Part shown: piece after piece, positions 28,113-40,851 of the stretch | How the letters are laid out: each line of letters opens with the position of its first letter | Position numbering within the stretch: position 1 is the first letter of the stretch | NCBI GenBank assembly: GCA_965603825.1 | Contig: CBFDEM010000001.1 | Span: 186,001 to 250,000 of the forward strand | From: Blepharisma stoltei ATCC 30299 | Lineage: Eukaryota > Protista > Ciliophora | Reading direction: 5' to 3' | DNA length: 64,000 nucleotides | The notes under the pieces: generated by a model | The model's input: only the letters and a program-made list of their open reading frames with translations | Told to the model about the DNA's origin: nothing | Databases searched by the model: none | Position numbers and translations under genes: made by a program

Positions 28113-28546
28113 TTATATTTTTCTTGATTACCTTTTCTCCGGAATAAGTGATATAGGGATGATGGCTATGACAAAAATATGCTGGACAATCCTAAAAAGG
28201 GCCATATTGTAACAAAGGATGGTGAAGAATTTTATTCAATATTTTGTAAAGAGCCAGAGAAAGAAGAGTTAAAAAATGTATTTGATCCACGTTTGACTAT
28301 GGCAGATGTTTTATCAGTATGATACCAGAAACGCTTCAAGATGAAGAAAGCTGTATTAAACATTCTCATGTCAATAGTGTTGAAGCTTCATCTTGTATCA
28401 ATTCTGAATATGATATTGATTTGCCAACATCAGCTGACAAGGCCAGTGGAAGAAATGAAAATGCTCCAAATGGTGAAGGAGAAGAAAGTAAGGATAGCTC
28501 GGAATCAAGTTGGAATCAGGACAGAACGGAGTATAATGTTGATTAA
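28113..28546 (+). pseudogene. Tandem partial duplicate of the cytoplasmic tail of the LNR/beta-helix gene
   Basis: NPKKGHIVTKDGEEFYSI..VFDPRLTMADV followed by a frameshift; matches about 27425-27978. Confidence 0.8.
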
Positions 28547-28853
28547 TTCAAATAAAGATTTTACTAATTGAATTTTATTTTTTCGCATCTTTTCCAAAAT
28601 TATAAAACCACAATTAATTTCTATATTTTTATAAAACATGTATTTATTATTGAAGTTTATATAATAAATTTTATATTAATTATATCTAAAATTAATTTAA
28701 TTGTCATAAATTTAACATATTTGTTAAATGTCATCAAACGCAATCTATTTTATTTTCTCCATAAAAAAAATTTAAAAGCAGATATTCATAGATTAAATAT
28801 ACAATTTTTACCTGAAAAAGCTCCCTAATTTATAAATAAAATTTGTTTATCCA

Positions 28854-29525
28854 TTAAGATTCTTCGATATCCTCTACTTTCTGATTATTCTCATCAAGCT
28901 CTTTCACAAACAAATCTCTCCATCCCAAAATGGTTTTTTCACTGATTCCCAGCAACAGCGCAATCGGCTTTGCATATCCAGCTTTAATAACCAATTTCAC
29001 AATTTCCTCTCTGATTTCATTATCCAGCATTTTATTATACAATCTCTTCGCCCTGCTCATCATTTCTTTAATTTCTTCACATTTCTCCTGAATTTCTGGG
29101 CTAAGTAGCTCCTTTACATTACTCAAAGTAAGTGGTTCATTGTCTTCTTTTATTTTAAAGCTTGACTTGCTGAATCTTTCTATCGATTTTTCTGTAGTTT
29201 TTTTGAAGCCTTCTAGAACACTATTAGTAAAATGAAGACTTTGAGAAGATGGGTCATTATCCGCTTCTTTGAAACAATTAGGGTTATCTTTTCATTGCTT
29301 TCTTCAAGATTTGATATGGCTGTAAGAAATATTGAAAAGCTTCATAAGAATGCTTCTTCCACCATATTGGTCATAAATCTCGACGATTTCTTCTTTGAGG
29401 CGATTTGGAACTTGTTTCGCTCGAAGGATCTTACCGTTGTAGAGTGGCTTTAATTCTGCTTTTATTGCTTTAAGTCTAAGAGCAAGTTCTCGGGTTTTTT
29501 CTTGATCTGATAGATATTCATTCAT
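28854..29525 (-). CDS. 223-aa protein with two transposase-like helix-turn-helix repeats
   Basis: Two ORFs join through TGA=Trp. Repeats are KEEIVEIYDQYGGRSILMKLFNISYSHIKSWRKQ and REEIVKLVIKAGYAKPIALLLGISEKTILGWRDL. Confidence 0.78.
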
Positions 29526-29609
29526 TTTTAGTCCCCAATTTTTATAGTTTTAATTCATTAAATAGATGATATTTTATTTTGAGATGAATTTGTATTAAAC
29601 TAATCCTAA

Positions 29610-29955
29610 CTAAATTGCTGTTGCGTCAACAACAGAATCTTGAAGTGATGAAATTTGATCCACACTATCAAGTCTAAAGCCAAATTCATTTAGTAAAGCT
29701 TCTAATTGTTCCTTCATTCTTAATCTTCCATTTAAAAAGGCCATCGTATGAATATCAGTCATTCTTGAGAAAAGATAGTCCTCACTTGACCGATTAATAA
29801 TTTCAACTATTATTTTGAGCTGTTTGCCTGCCTCTAAAGCCCTTCTACAGTTTCTAAATACTATTTTTGAGTTTTCATCATCCAAGAAATCCAAAAGATT
29901 TTTCATAATTATGAAATCAAAGCCTGTAGGGACATATTTAAAAAAATTGCCTAAA
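29610..29955 (-). pseudogene. 5'-truncated O-methyltransferase copy
   Basis: C-terminal third only. MKHILHDWDDE has become MKNLLDFLDDE, losing the catalytic His. Confidence 0.8.
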
Positions 29956-30216
29956 ATATGGTAAGGTAGAATTCGCAGTCGTTCTCGCCACCTCTTTTTT
30001 GAGAGTATAATAGGAATGTAAACACCATTTTCATTATTTTCGTTTGGAAAAATTTAAGTTAAAAAAAAAGTGGAAAATAATTAGATAAGTTCTATTATGT
30101 GACAAATTAATAGTTAGAGGAGAAATATAAGAGCATTGCGTTAACTATAAATATAATTAGTAGAAATAGTTAATGGATAATATTTTTTTGTAAATAATTA
30201 ATTGAATTAAACCTAA

Positions 30217-31227
30217 TTAAATTGCTGTTGCGCTGACAACAAAGTCTTGAATTGGTTTAATTTGATCAACACTATCAAGTCTAAAGCCAGTTTCATTAAG
30301 TAAAGCTTCAAGTTGTTCCTTAGATCTTTCTTTTCCATTTAAAATAGCCATCATATGAATATCAGCCATTCTTGCATAAAGATAATGATCACTTGATCTA
30401 ATAATGACATTATCGATTATTTTAAGCTGTTTTCCTGCCTCTAAAGCTCTTCTACAGTTTTGAAGTATTTTTTTTGAGTTTTCATCATCCCAATCATGCA
30501 AAATGTGCTTCATAACTATGCAATCAAAACCCTCAGGAACACTATTTAAAAAACTGCCTGAAATTACGCTGAATTTTTCTTGTAAATTGTGATCTGTAAA
30601 ATTTTTTTCTGCTTTAGATTTGACTTCTTCGAGCTCATAAACAGCACCTGATATGTGAGGGTTCCACTTTAATAGCTCAATAAGAAGTGAGCCATCTCCT
30701 CCACCTACATCAAGAACTCTATTTGCTGACGAGAGATCAACTATTTTATAGCCATCTCCAAAAATTTTAGTAACTGCTCTCATGGTGTTTTGGAAAGTTT
30801 CTAAGAGATCTGGGTGTGCTGCTAGGTACTCAAAGGAATGGCATCCAAAACGCAATTCAGTAGCAGATACATGCTGTCTTACTGACTCAGGGAATTTTGT
30901 GAGCATTTCAATCTCAAATGGATTCCCAAGCCATCTTGCCATCGCATTAATTTTTTCGTCCAATAGAGTTTCAGACATAGGAGAATTTGTCCATAATCCA
31001 GTTTCTTGGCTAAATGAGAAGAATCCTAAAGGCTCCAAAGCAAATAGAATACGTTCTAACTTTTCTGGGATTGCTGGAGTTTGTTCTGCTAATTGAGAGA
31101 AAGTCTTTGGTTCGATAAGAAGACGTGGTATATCTAATTCAACAACTGTATAAAGCATCATAGTTACTTGAGGCCCTAAAAAGAGTTGATAAATTTTCCC
31201 AAAGTTAGCAAGCTTATCGCCTTCCAT
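30217..31227 (-). CDS. SAM-dependent O-methyltransferase (COMT/ASMT-like, Methyltransf_2 family)
   Basis: VLDVGGGDG motif I, KHILHDWDD catalytic motif, N-terminal dimerisation region, NGKERS. Confidence 0.92.
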   Translation of the reverse strand: MEGDKLANFGKIYQLFLGPQVTMMLYTVVELDIPRLLIEPKTFSQLAEQTPAIPEKLERILFALEPLGFFSFSQETGLWTNSPMSETLLDEKINAMARWLGNPFEIEMLTKFPESVRQHVSATELRFGCHSFEYLAAHPDLLETFQNTMRAVTKIFGDGYKIVDLSSANRVLDVGGGDGSLLIELLKWNPHISGAVYELEEVKSKAEKNFTDHNLQEKFSVISGSFLNSVPEGFDCIVMKHILHDWDDENSKKILQNCRRALEAGKQLKIIDNVIIRSSDHYLYARMADIHMMAILNGKERSKEQLEALLNETGFRLDSVDQIKPIQDFVVSATAI

Positions 31228-31563
31228 TTTAATTATAAATTATTTAATAGCAAGATTTTTAATGGACGAATAATTAATTCTTAAACAATTTTTTGAATGG
31301 TTTAAAAAATTATTTAACTAATAATTGAATTCAACATTTGACCAAGTCATCTTCCTCCATTGTGATATTTTTTTAATAATAAAATTTTTAATGGACAAAT
31401 AATTAATCATTTAAATAATTTTGTAATAGTTTAAAATTTCTTAAACTAATAATTAAACTCAACATTTATAATTGATAGCCTATTTTTGTAAGCTTTGAGC
31501 TTCATTTCTTTATTTATTAATGGATAATATTTTTTTGTAAATAATTAATTGAATTAAACCTAA

Positions 31564-32574
31564 TTAAATTGCTGTTGCGCTGACAACAAAGTCTTGAATT
31601 GGTTTAATTTGATCAACACTATCAAGTCTAAAGCCAGTTTCATTAAGTAAAGCTTCAAGTTGTTCCTTAGATCTTTCTTTTCCATTTAGCATAGCCATCA
31701 TATGAATATCAGCCATTCTTGAATAAAGATAATGATCACTTGACCTAATAATGACATTATCGATTATTTTAAGCTGTTTTCCTGCCTCTAAAGCTCTTCT
31801 ACAGTTTTGAAGTATTTTTTTTGAGTTTTCATCATCCCAATCATGCAAAATGTGCTTCATAACTATGCAATCAAAACCCTCAGGAACACTATTTAAAAAA
31901 CTGCCTGAAATTACGCTGAATTTTTCTTGTAAATTGTGATCTGTAAAATTTTTTTCTGCTTTAGATTTGACAGCTTCAAGCTCATAAACAGCACCTGATA
32001 TGTGAGGGTTCCACTTTAATAGCTCAATAAGAAGTGAGCCATCTCCTCCACCTACATCAAGAACTCTATTTGCTGACGAGAGATCAACTATTTTGAAGCC
32101 ATCTCCAAAAATTTTAGTGAATTCTCTCATGGTGCTTTGGAAAGTTTCTAAGAGATCTGGGTGTGCAGCTAGGTACTCAAAGGGATGGCATCCAAAACGC
32201 AATTCAGCAGCTGATATATGCTGTCTTACTGACTCAGGGAATTTTGTGAGCATATCAAGCTCAAATGGATTTCCAAGCCATCTTGCCATCGCATTAATTT
32301 TTTCGTCCAATAGAGTTTCAGACATAGGAGAATTTGACCATAATCCAGTTTCTTGGTTAAATGAGAAGAATCCTAAAGGCTCCAAAGCAAATAGAATACG
32401 TTCTAACTTTTCTGGGATTGCTGGAGTTTGTTCTGCTAATTGAGAGAAAGTCTTTGGTTCGATAAGAAGACGTGGTATATCTAATTCAACAACTGTATAA
32501 AGCATAATGGTTACTTGAGGCGCTACAAAGAGCTGATAAAATTTCCCAAAGTTAGCAAGCTTATCGCCTTCCAT
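31564..32574 (-). CDS. SAM-dependent O-methyltransferase, near-identical tandem copy
   Basis: Same 336-aa length and motifs, with a 1347-bp repeat period. Confidence 0.92.
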   Translation of the reverse strand: MEGDKLANFGKFYQLFVAPQVTIMLYTVVELDIPRLLIEPKTFSQLAEQTPAIPEKLERILFALEPLGFFSFNQETGLWSNSPMSETLLDEKINAMARWLGNPFELDMLTKFPESVRQHISAAELRFGCHPFEYLAAHPDLLETFQSTMREFTKIFGDGFKIVDLSSANRVLDVGGGDGSLLIELLKWNPHISGAVYELEAVKSKAEKNFTDHNLQEKFSVISGSFLNSVPEGFDCIVMKHILHDWDDENSKKILQNCRRALEAGKQLKIIDNVIIRSSDHYLYSRMADIHMMAMLNGKERSKEQLEALLNETGFRLDSVDQIKPIQDFVVSATAI

Positions 32575-33926
32575 TTTAATTATAAACTATTTAATAGCAA
32601 GATTTTTAATGGACGCATAATTATTGATTTAACAATTTTTTGGATGGTTTAAAAATTTATTTAACTAATAATTAAACTCAACACTTAGCAGCAAATTTTG
32701 CCACTTTTAAGTTTTATTATTTTATATTTCAACATCATTTTCTCTTAGTTTAGTAATTTCCTCTTATTTTTCTGTAACTTAAGTTTGCTTATAAGTATTT
32801 TAAACCTTGCTAGTGTTTCTTATAATTTCTCAATATCAAATGAATTAATTCTTGCAGGCTATGCAAGAAGCCTGATAACTCTAAAATTAAATTCATGCTT
32901 GTTTGTGGATAATTTCTCTTACATTTTATTATAAAAATGAACTCGAAGCAAAATTTTGTTTTCTTCGCCAATTAAATTAATTTTTGTACTCGAAATTCAA
33001 TTCATCAACACTAATTAAGCGACAGACTGCATAATAAAACAAACGCAAGAGGTATAATTTAGAAATTAAAAAATTTTAATTAACTATCTTTTCATAATTC
33101 CAATAGACTTAATTAATCCTCTCAAAATTATAAAGAGAATAATCTAAATTCTTTTAAACTGTTATTCTTTATGTTTCGCTTTATTTAACTGCCTGATATG
33201 GTCTGACATATATATATATGGCTAAAAATGAATTAAATTTTTTACCAATAAATAATTTTTTGATTTTTTGAGCTTAGAAAATAGGAGAAAATCTTAAAAA
33301 TTAAAATTTTAATTTAAATTTAAAAAATTATGATTTATTGCAGATTGTAAATTTATGTATTTACTGCTATTTTTATTAAGAGATTTGAATTTTTTTATTT
33401 TAAATATTACATTTTTGAGGTAAATATAACTGAAAGAATGCATCTTCGCTGTAATATATTTATAACTGATAGCCTTTAACATTTTTTTGAAATTAGATTA
33501 ATTAGTAGTCCAACAAATTTGTCTCTTCATAATCTGAGCACAGCCCATAAAATTGAATTGATTTCCTAATATCCTTTTTTGAGGGTGCCAAAATTCAGTT
33601 AACTTTTATCCTTTTTAATTAACCAAAAAACTTAAAGCTATTATTTTGCAGTTTAGCGACTCCAGCTGCCATTCATTTTTAGATTCAATCTCAGCTGGAA
33701 ATAAAACTTAAAAAGCCTCTTATGCCAATCTATAAGGTTCTTGCCATATGCATGTTTTATAATTTTAATACTTTTGGTATCAAAGTCAATCAAAAGTATT
33801 TTGATTCTATAAATTAAAAGATTATAAATTTAGCAATATTTTTCTCATCAGCTTATAATATATTTTCCCTTTATAATCAGCAAAAAATTAAGAAATACAT
33901 TAAGCAATAAGTAGAAATTCTATTAC

Positions 33927-34214
33927 TTAATTCTGATAAATATTCAAGCCTTCATTTTTGCCTCCTAACTGCCGATGCATAACTTTTATTACTGAATTAT
34001 TTACTAATCCCAAGTCCCTTAATGTTATATCTTTATGCTGATCAAATCTCAATACTCTTGTTTGGAACACAATAGATTGCTGAGCATTCGGTACCCCATA
34101 AATATCAGCTATTTTCTTTGCTAGATTTGAGTATTTTCAGTCTCTATAGATTTCTTGAGCATTGGTGATCCCGTTGATGTCTTCTAGTCTTATTGTTATT
34201 TTTTCAAGTGCCAT
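33927..34214 (-). CDS. Ubiquitin-like protein (95 aa) with a di-glycine motif and a 10-aa C-terminal extension
   Basis: With TGA=Trp: MALEKITIRLEDINGITNAQEIYRDWKYSNLAKKIADIYGVPNAQQSIVFQTRVLRFDQHKDITLRDLGLVNNSVIKVMHRQLGG-KNEGLNIYQN. Absent from the ORF track. Confidence 0.82.
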
Positions 34215-34947
34215 TCTATAAAATATTAATAATTTAGGATTATGAGTATTTGTAATTCAAAAAGATAAGCAGGAATAGTAATTTTAATTAAGGCTTTAAC
34301 AAAAAGCATAAAATAGATGAATGTTGAAAAAAATTCAAAAGAATCCTATCAAACCCAAAATTTCATTCAATTAAAGAATTAATTATAACCCTTAGTGGCA
34401 TAATAGGAAAGATTTCAAAATCAGACCGTAAAAGTATAGTTGGCTATATAAATACAATTAATGAAAAAATTAACTAATTGAAGCCACTATATGAAACCAG
34501 CCTATTATTGCTAATGCTACTGACGTCAAAAACTTAAAGAATCTACTCATGAAGCAATTAAAAATGAATGAACTGAGCATTAATTTAAAATTAAGAAAAC
34601 AGTATTGCAGAGAGATATTATTCTTTTTAAAAGATTTTAACATAAAAAATAAATAAGTTGAAGAGAGATTTGTTATTTCTGCCAAATGGTGAGCTTAAGT
34701 AGAATGCTATTGACCAAATATTTAAAGAAAATTAGTTGGTACTGATAACAAAATAGATAATATTTTTAGTACCATTGGGCATAATATAGCCACAACACTC
34801 TTAATAAATTTTATATAGACAGTTGAAGTACTTTGGAATTTGGTGCATAAGCAAGCCAAAAAGTCATAAACATTAAATATTGAAGTAATATTGCCATAAA
34901 TTCAGCTAAAACTAATTCAAAAGTGTTGGAACCTTTTAAACAGTTTC

Positions 34948-37130
34948 TTAGCTTTTTAATGATTTTTTATTTACAAGAAAGTTAATAGAAGTTTTAGCTT
35001 TTGGAGACACTAAAATTCCTGCAGAATTCTGCCGCCTTACACCTCCATTTCATATGAAGCTTGATTTTTCTTCAAAGTCAAGTGAATTATTTTTTCTATG
35101 TCTTTTAGCTTTACCTTCTAGCAATTTTATGTCTCTTAATTTTGACTCTATTGTCTTAACTTCACTTAAAGCTGAATTTGTTAGAAAGCTCGATGCTTCA
35201 AAACTCTTGCATTGACTTAGAGTTGCAGCTTTATTATTTGATGCAAAGCTATTTTGCAATGAATTTATCGTAGAAATTGAAGCAATAAATTCATCTTTTT
35301 TTTGCTGTTTTGTTGGTCTTCTTAAAAGCCTTTCCGTTACTCTGTATTTATTTATTAAGGTATAATCTGAGTTTCCTATATTCGAGTATGGCTTCGAGAT
35401 TTTATTTATTTTCGGTAGTTGTGATGATAAATTTGAATCAGTGACTTGAGGAGTAATTTGATTTGAGCTCGAAAATTCATTGTTTGATTTTATCACCATC
35501 TTAAACAGATTAGAAGAATTATTCAAGAAGTAAGCAGTTTCTGTTTTTATGATTTGATGGCATTGAGAAACTAATTTTGGAAATAGTTCAATAGGATTTT
35601 CTTCTTTTAAGTCTTTAAAAAATTCTTGCAGCATACTATGGCTGCAAAATAAATTTGTAGGCTTGCACGATTTAAAGACCTCGATAAATGCATTTGTATC
35701 AGAATTTAGATATTTTCCATACAATTCTTTTAATTTTTTTTTGGAAATAGGGCCATAAATTAGATAATCATCAATAAGCATTTCACTTGTTTGCGAAATA
35801 AAAATTGAGTCTCCCATTTTTTCAGGATTAAATTCATTTTCCAAATTTTTTGGAAATCCTTTAGCTAGTATTTTTGACTCATGAATAAGCACTGAAAGAT
35901 GAGTTTTTAAGTCATTTTCAACCAAATAAGAATTAATTGCAATATTGAATATTATTTGAAAAAATTTTGATAAAACATCAATAGTTTTGTAATAAGAAAA
36001 TAGTATTGATTGCTCATGCTCTACAATTTCTGATTCATTATGAAATAAAGGCGTTTCAGTGGCTGCAGGGGCATTTTTTGTTTTTATTTTATTGAGCTCT
36101 TCTTTAATTTCGTTGCATTCTATTTCCTTTAATCTTTGCTATATATTATATTACTTCTTCAGAAATTGCTTCAAATTCCATCCTCAAGGTTGATTCTTTA
36201 GAGATGACTTGGTATCAGCCATGAGAGACCATCTCATATAAATCTTCTTTTATTTCAATTCCAAATCGAGTAAGAACTCTGATTAATAATTTACTCTTTG
36301 ATTTTTTCCACATCCTCTTGAAATGAAAATAGTTTGCTATTTGATTTCATTGATAGACTTTTGTTTTCTTTTTGCCCACTTGCTTCTTCTTTCAAGGAAG
36401 AAATAAAGCTATCTCTTGTTGCTTTATATTCCTTATATTTTAAATTCAAATTTGCGAGTTTTTCAATTTCACATGTGTTTTCTTCACAAATTTCGGTAAA
36501 TTTATTTTTCATTTTTTCATAGCAATTTTCGAACATCGTTTTTTCGTCATGAAATTTGCTTATTGTTTGGCTTACTTTGTTTTTCACAGCAATAAAATCA
36601 TTGCGAGCTTTATATCTTTCCATCATCACGCTATCATAATTTTTTGTTGCTTCTTTGTACATTTCTTTCATGCTGCCTATTCTCTCTTTGTAAATTTGCA
36701 GACCTTCCTGACACTTTTCTAATAAATTTTGGTAAAACTCAGAATTTTCTTCTTCTTGCTCGGTTTTCTTGTTAATTTTTTGAATTTTTTTTTTGATTTT
36801 TTCAATTTTTGCTTCGTATTTCTCAAAATTATCGTTTTCTTTAAAGTAGTTTTTCAGCTCTGCTGATTTGTTTATTAAATCATCAAGATATTTTTGTTTG
36901 TTGTGTGTTTGATTGATGAGTTCGTTTAAAATTGATTTTAGCCTCATGGATTCTTTTGGGGATGCTACTAAATTCTGGTATCTTAATTGAGAAATTTCAA
37001 AGTCAGATTCAATAAACTTTTTTGTGTTCTCGAATTCTTCTTTTAGTTCACTACTTATTTGGTCTACTTCTCGGGATGAAAATTCTTTGGAACTTTTTCT
37101 TGAAAGGGAACCGGTTGGTAATTTTAACAT
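34948..37130 (-). CDS. ~716-aa coiled-coil protein with two 16-nt introns
   Basis: ORFs 36291-37130 and 35050-35925 join in frame after removing introns 36279-36294 and 36139-36154. Reads through TGA 35050 to TAA 34948. Confidence 0.8.
36139..36154 (-). other. 16-nt intron
   Basis: gtaatataatatatag; removal restores the frame. Confidence 0.8.
36279..36294 (-). other. 16-nt intron
   Basis: gtaaattattaatcag; contains the apparent stop of the upstream ORF. Confidence 0.8.
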
Positions 37131-37383
37131 ATTGGTTTTATTTTTATTATAATAAATATGAACTGTGAATTTAAGACATTGCGAAAGTAATTTATAAATT
37201 ATCCATATGAAATTTTAGAGCCTTAATAGCTATTATTTTTGAAAATCTATCAATTAAAGAACAGTTATATAATAAATTGATATATTTATTAATCAATTTG
37301 CTTAAAATCTAAATTTGATCCACATCATTGCAGATACCAAGTATAAAAAATTTTAAGAAATAAATAATAATACACAGAAAACA

Positions 37384-38298
37384 ATGATAAAATCCTGCGA
37401 GCTTTGTGGCATAGAAAAGCCTGCCATCAAACGTCCAAAAACAGGCCAAGGGATCTGCAAGCCTTGCTTCTTCTCAGCAATAGAAAACGAAGTCCACGAG
37501 ACAATAATAAGCTCCAATCTTTTTCATCCAGGTGAAAAGATTGCTATAGGAGCTTCAGGAGGGAAAGATTCCACCGTTCTAATCCATCTTCTTGACCTCT
37601 TAAATAAGCGCCACAACTATGGCATTGAGCTTCATTTACTTTCAATCGATGAAGGCATAGTCGGATATCGAGATGATAGTTTAGTGACTGTTAAAAGAAA
37701 CCAAGAAGTCTATCAACTCCCACTTACAATAGTTTCTTATAGTGAACTTTTTGGCTGGACAATGGACCAAATCGTCAAAAAAATTGGTCTGAATAATAAT
37801 TGCACCTACTGTGGAGTTTTTCGTAGACAAGCCTTAGATAGGGGTGCAAGGATGATTGGGGCTGAAAAAATTGCGACTGGACATAATGCTGATGATATTG
37901 CAGAAACTGTTCTGATGAACTTGCTGAGAGGTGATCATTTTAGATTGGGAAAATCCACAGATATTGTTACTGGGGAGGAAGGAGATATGCCAAGATGTAA
38001 GCCACTTAAGTATTTATATGAAAAAGAAATTGTTTTGTACGCTCATTACCAAAATTTAGATTATTTTTCAACAGAATGTGTATACTCCCCAAATGCTTAT
38101 AGAGGATATGCAAGAGAATTTTTAAAGGATTTAGAAAGAATCCGACCTCGTGCGATTTTAGATATAATTCATTCAGGAGAAATGCTAAGCGTTAGTGCTC
38201 CAGCCCCTGCAAAAATGACTTGTGAAAGGTGTGGAAACGTTTCAAGTAACAAAATATGTAAAGCTTGCACATTATTAGAGACATTATCGAAACCTTAA
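37384..38298 (+). CDS. CTU1: Cytoplasmic tRNA 2-thiolation protein 1
   Basis: SGGKDS PP-loop, [27 protein letters not shown], and terminal CxxC zinc fingers. Confidence 0.96.
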   Translation: MIKSCELCGIEKPAIKRPKTGQGICKPCFFSAIENEVHETIISSNLFHPGEKIAIGASGGKDSTVLIHLLDLLNKRHNYGIELHLLSIDEGIVGYRDDSLVTVKRNQEVYQLPLTIVSYSELFGWTMDQIVKKIGLNNNCTYCGVFRRQALDRGARMIGAEKIATGHNADDIAETVLMNLLRGDHFRLGKSTDIVTGEEGDMPRCKPLKYLYEKEIVLYAHYQNLDYFSTECVYSPNAYRGYAREFLKDLERIRPRAILDIIHSGEMLSVSAPAPAKMTCERCGNVSSNKICKACTLLETLSKP

Positions 38299-38377
38299 TT
38301 ATTCACACAAATATTTATTTTCTTATTAAATTAATAGTGTTTAAATAGAATAGTCTCTTAAATTAATATGCCCTATA

Positions 38378-38890
38378 TTAATTCAGACTTATTCGCTTTC
38401 CATCTACAGATATAGAAGACTTAACTTCTTTCGGCTTTGGTGTCTTATTATTTCTTGCGTAATCCATCAATGATGTGTGAATTTTAACCTTTTGTGTAGT
38501 TAATTTTACAGAAGGCTTGATCACTATAGCAGAATTTTTTTCAATTTTTGAATCAGGAGTTGAATATCTCAAGTATGTGTTTCTCTGTAAACGATTGGAT
38601 GGTTTTGTATTTTCAGATTCTAATTTTAAGGTTGGGATATTTAAAAATATTGTAGTTTTTTTTGCAAGAGAAATTGGAGATGGAGGATTTTCAAATTTCG
38701 AAGAAATATTGAGCTGTGATATGTTTAAATATGATCTTTGGCTGATTGGTGAGGTTGTAGAGTTTCTCAGAGGACTCTGGCCAAATGTTCTTCTTAGCTT
38801 TTGAGATGTTCATGGGCGCTTCGAAAACCCAGTTCATGGACTTAAAAGCAATCTGTTCGAGTTTAGTTGTGGATAGCTTACAAATGACAT
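38378..38890 (-). CDS. Hypothetical basic Ser/Thr/Lys-rich protein (~170 aa)
   Basis: With TGA=Trp, ATG 38890 (MSFVSYPQLNSNRLLLSPWTG...) is in frame with ORF 38378-38572. Confidence 0.6.
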
Positions 38891-39416
38891 CGGTAAGATG
38901 ATATTGTTTGTTCAATTAATTTTTCATCATGATATTGGAGAAGAAAATTACAGTATGAAATTTAGATAGTTTAAATATGATTTGTACTTAGATAAGAGGA
39001 TAATTGCAATCAAAATGATATTTATATAAAATCATTTAATTTAATATTTGAATACATTAATAATTTAAAATAGATATTAATCATGTTGGTTGTAAATAAA
39101 ATCGTTTTATTTTGAATAGCGGCGTGCAATAATTTATAATTCAGAAGAATATGTTTTGTATTGCATTATTAGCTATCCTTATTTATTCTTATCTTTTAAA
39201 GCGGAAGATCCATACTTCTTTCGTTTAAAATCAAAAAATCTAAATTTAAAACATCAAAACTTAAAAACAGAAAACTCCACCAAATCCACCAGCAACTTGT
39301 GATCGCGCCTTATGCTTTTTTTATTAGCTATCTTAAAATTGAAATAAATTAATTAAAAACTTTTATAAACAATGATATCTTTACTCTTATATAAGCAAAT
39401 TTATTTAATCTTTCCA

Positions 39417-40700
39417 TTAGATTATAATTGTTTTTACTACATCAAGTGATTTCGTTGAAAGGCTGAATTTAATAAGATCATAACTGCTATTAATAAGATA
39501 AAATGAATTTTGATACTGCACATCAAATGAAGTAATATATCTGCCTTTAACTTGATTATCCCCTACACGTTTCCAAATCATTAAATTATCTATTTCGCAT
39601 TCATAAATTCCAGCTGTTAGTTCAATTGCATAAACTCTTTTATTATCTGTCAATAATCATTTATTTAAACCCTTTGATAAAACTAAATTCTGGACCTGAA
39701 AATATTGATCTTCACGTTTATCATAGCTAATTATATTTTCCATGTCTCTAGCTGCTATTAAAATTTTATTGTTATAGACTATGCTGACACTTCTACTATA
39801 ATTTCCAAAAGGAAGGGTGGAGCATTCCTCTCAGCTATTTGTTTCTATATTATATTTTTCAGCTAAATTTTTTTCTCCGCCTATTGCATAAACAAAACTA
39901 TCCATAAATACAGTTTTCAGCAATGAATTTCCTTTTCCTAAAGCAACATCTCTTATAGTTTTATTTTTCTCTATAATAAAAGTAAAGCAATTTCCGCAGC
40001 AACGGCCATAACAAAATAGTCTTTGGCTTGGTATTTTACATAATGATACACTCCAGTCCATATTATTCGTTAAACTCAAGGCATCTAAAATTTTATTTTC
40101 GTTCATTTCGTCAACATTGTAGCTTATTAAATTTTTAGTTTGTGATTGAAAAAATATCAAATTAGGCGATTTTTCATAAGTAAACTCATATGTTTTATTC
40201 CTAAAAAATTGCTCAATGAATTTTATTATTTGGTCAAAATTTAAATCAGGCTTTATAATATCCCAAGATTCTAGTTTTTCTTCAATTTCATATGGGTTGA
40301 GTTTAAGGATACTTGTAATATTTGAGGGGTCTAAAATCGAGATTTTGCTTTGAGAAACATATTTTATAGTTTCATTGCAGTATTTTTCTAGATTTTTCAA
40401 AGAATTAAGAGACATATCAAAACTGTGAATAATTGTTTCAATAAGAAGATTTCGTTTGGCAGTTAAATATCGAATATTAGAGCTTATATCTGATTTTATG
40501 TCGCAAAGTCTTTTTATAATTATATTTCGGGATTCTGTTGGGACATTGAGATAGCAATCAATGAAACGGTGCTTCCTTTCATCACTTGACATGTGCTCTC
40601 GTATATGAGATGGGCAGAACATTGTATAATATTCATTGCAATCACAATAGCCGAAAGGCAGCTCATTACATCCTTGATAAAAGCATTTTTGATATTCCAT
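39417..40700 (-). CDS. B-box-like Cys/His domain + coiled coil + Kelch-like repeats (~427 aa)
   Basis: N-terminal CxxxxC..CxC..CxxH..H. FVYAIGGE..AEKYNIETNS-W(TGA)-EECSTLP is a Kelch motif. Confidence 0.8.
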
Positions 40701-40851
40701 TATGCTATCTAAAAAATATCAAGATTTTATTGCTAGCACAATCCCCAATTCTATAAATATTTAAATAAATAAAAAATATTATTTAAGACCATCTAGCAAT
40801 AGTAAAAGAAAATTTTAATAAAATAAATCTATAGATAATTTCCAATAATAA

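Noticed and set aside
29958-30000. Weak hairpin followed by T6 near the truncated O-methyltransferase breakpoint
   Set aside because: Pairing is poor, there is no A or B box, and it is single copy.
34470-34900. Hydrophobic minus-strand ORF pieces
   Set aside because: No consistent frame, ATG or intron solution and no recognisable motif.
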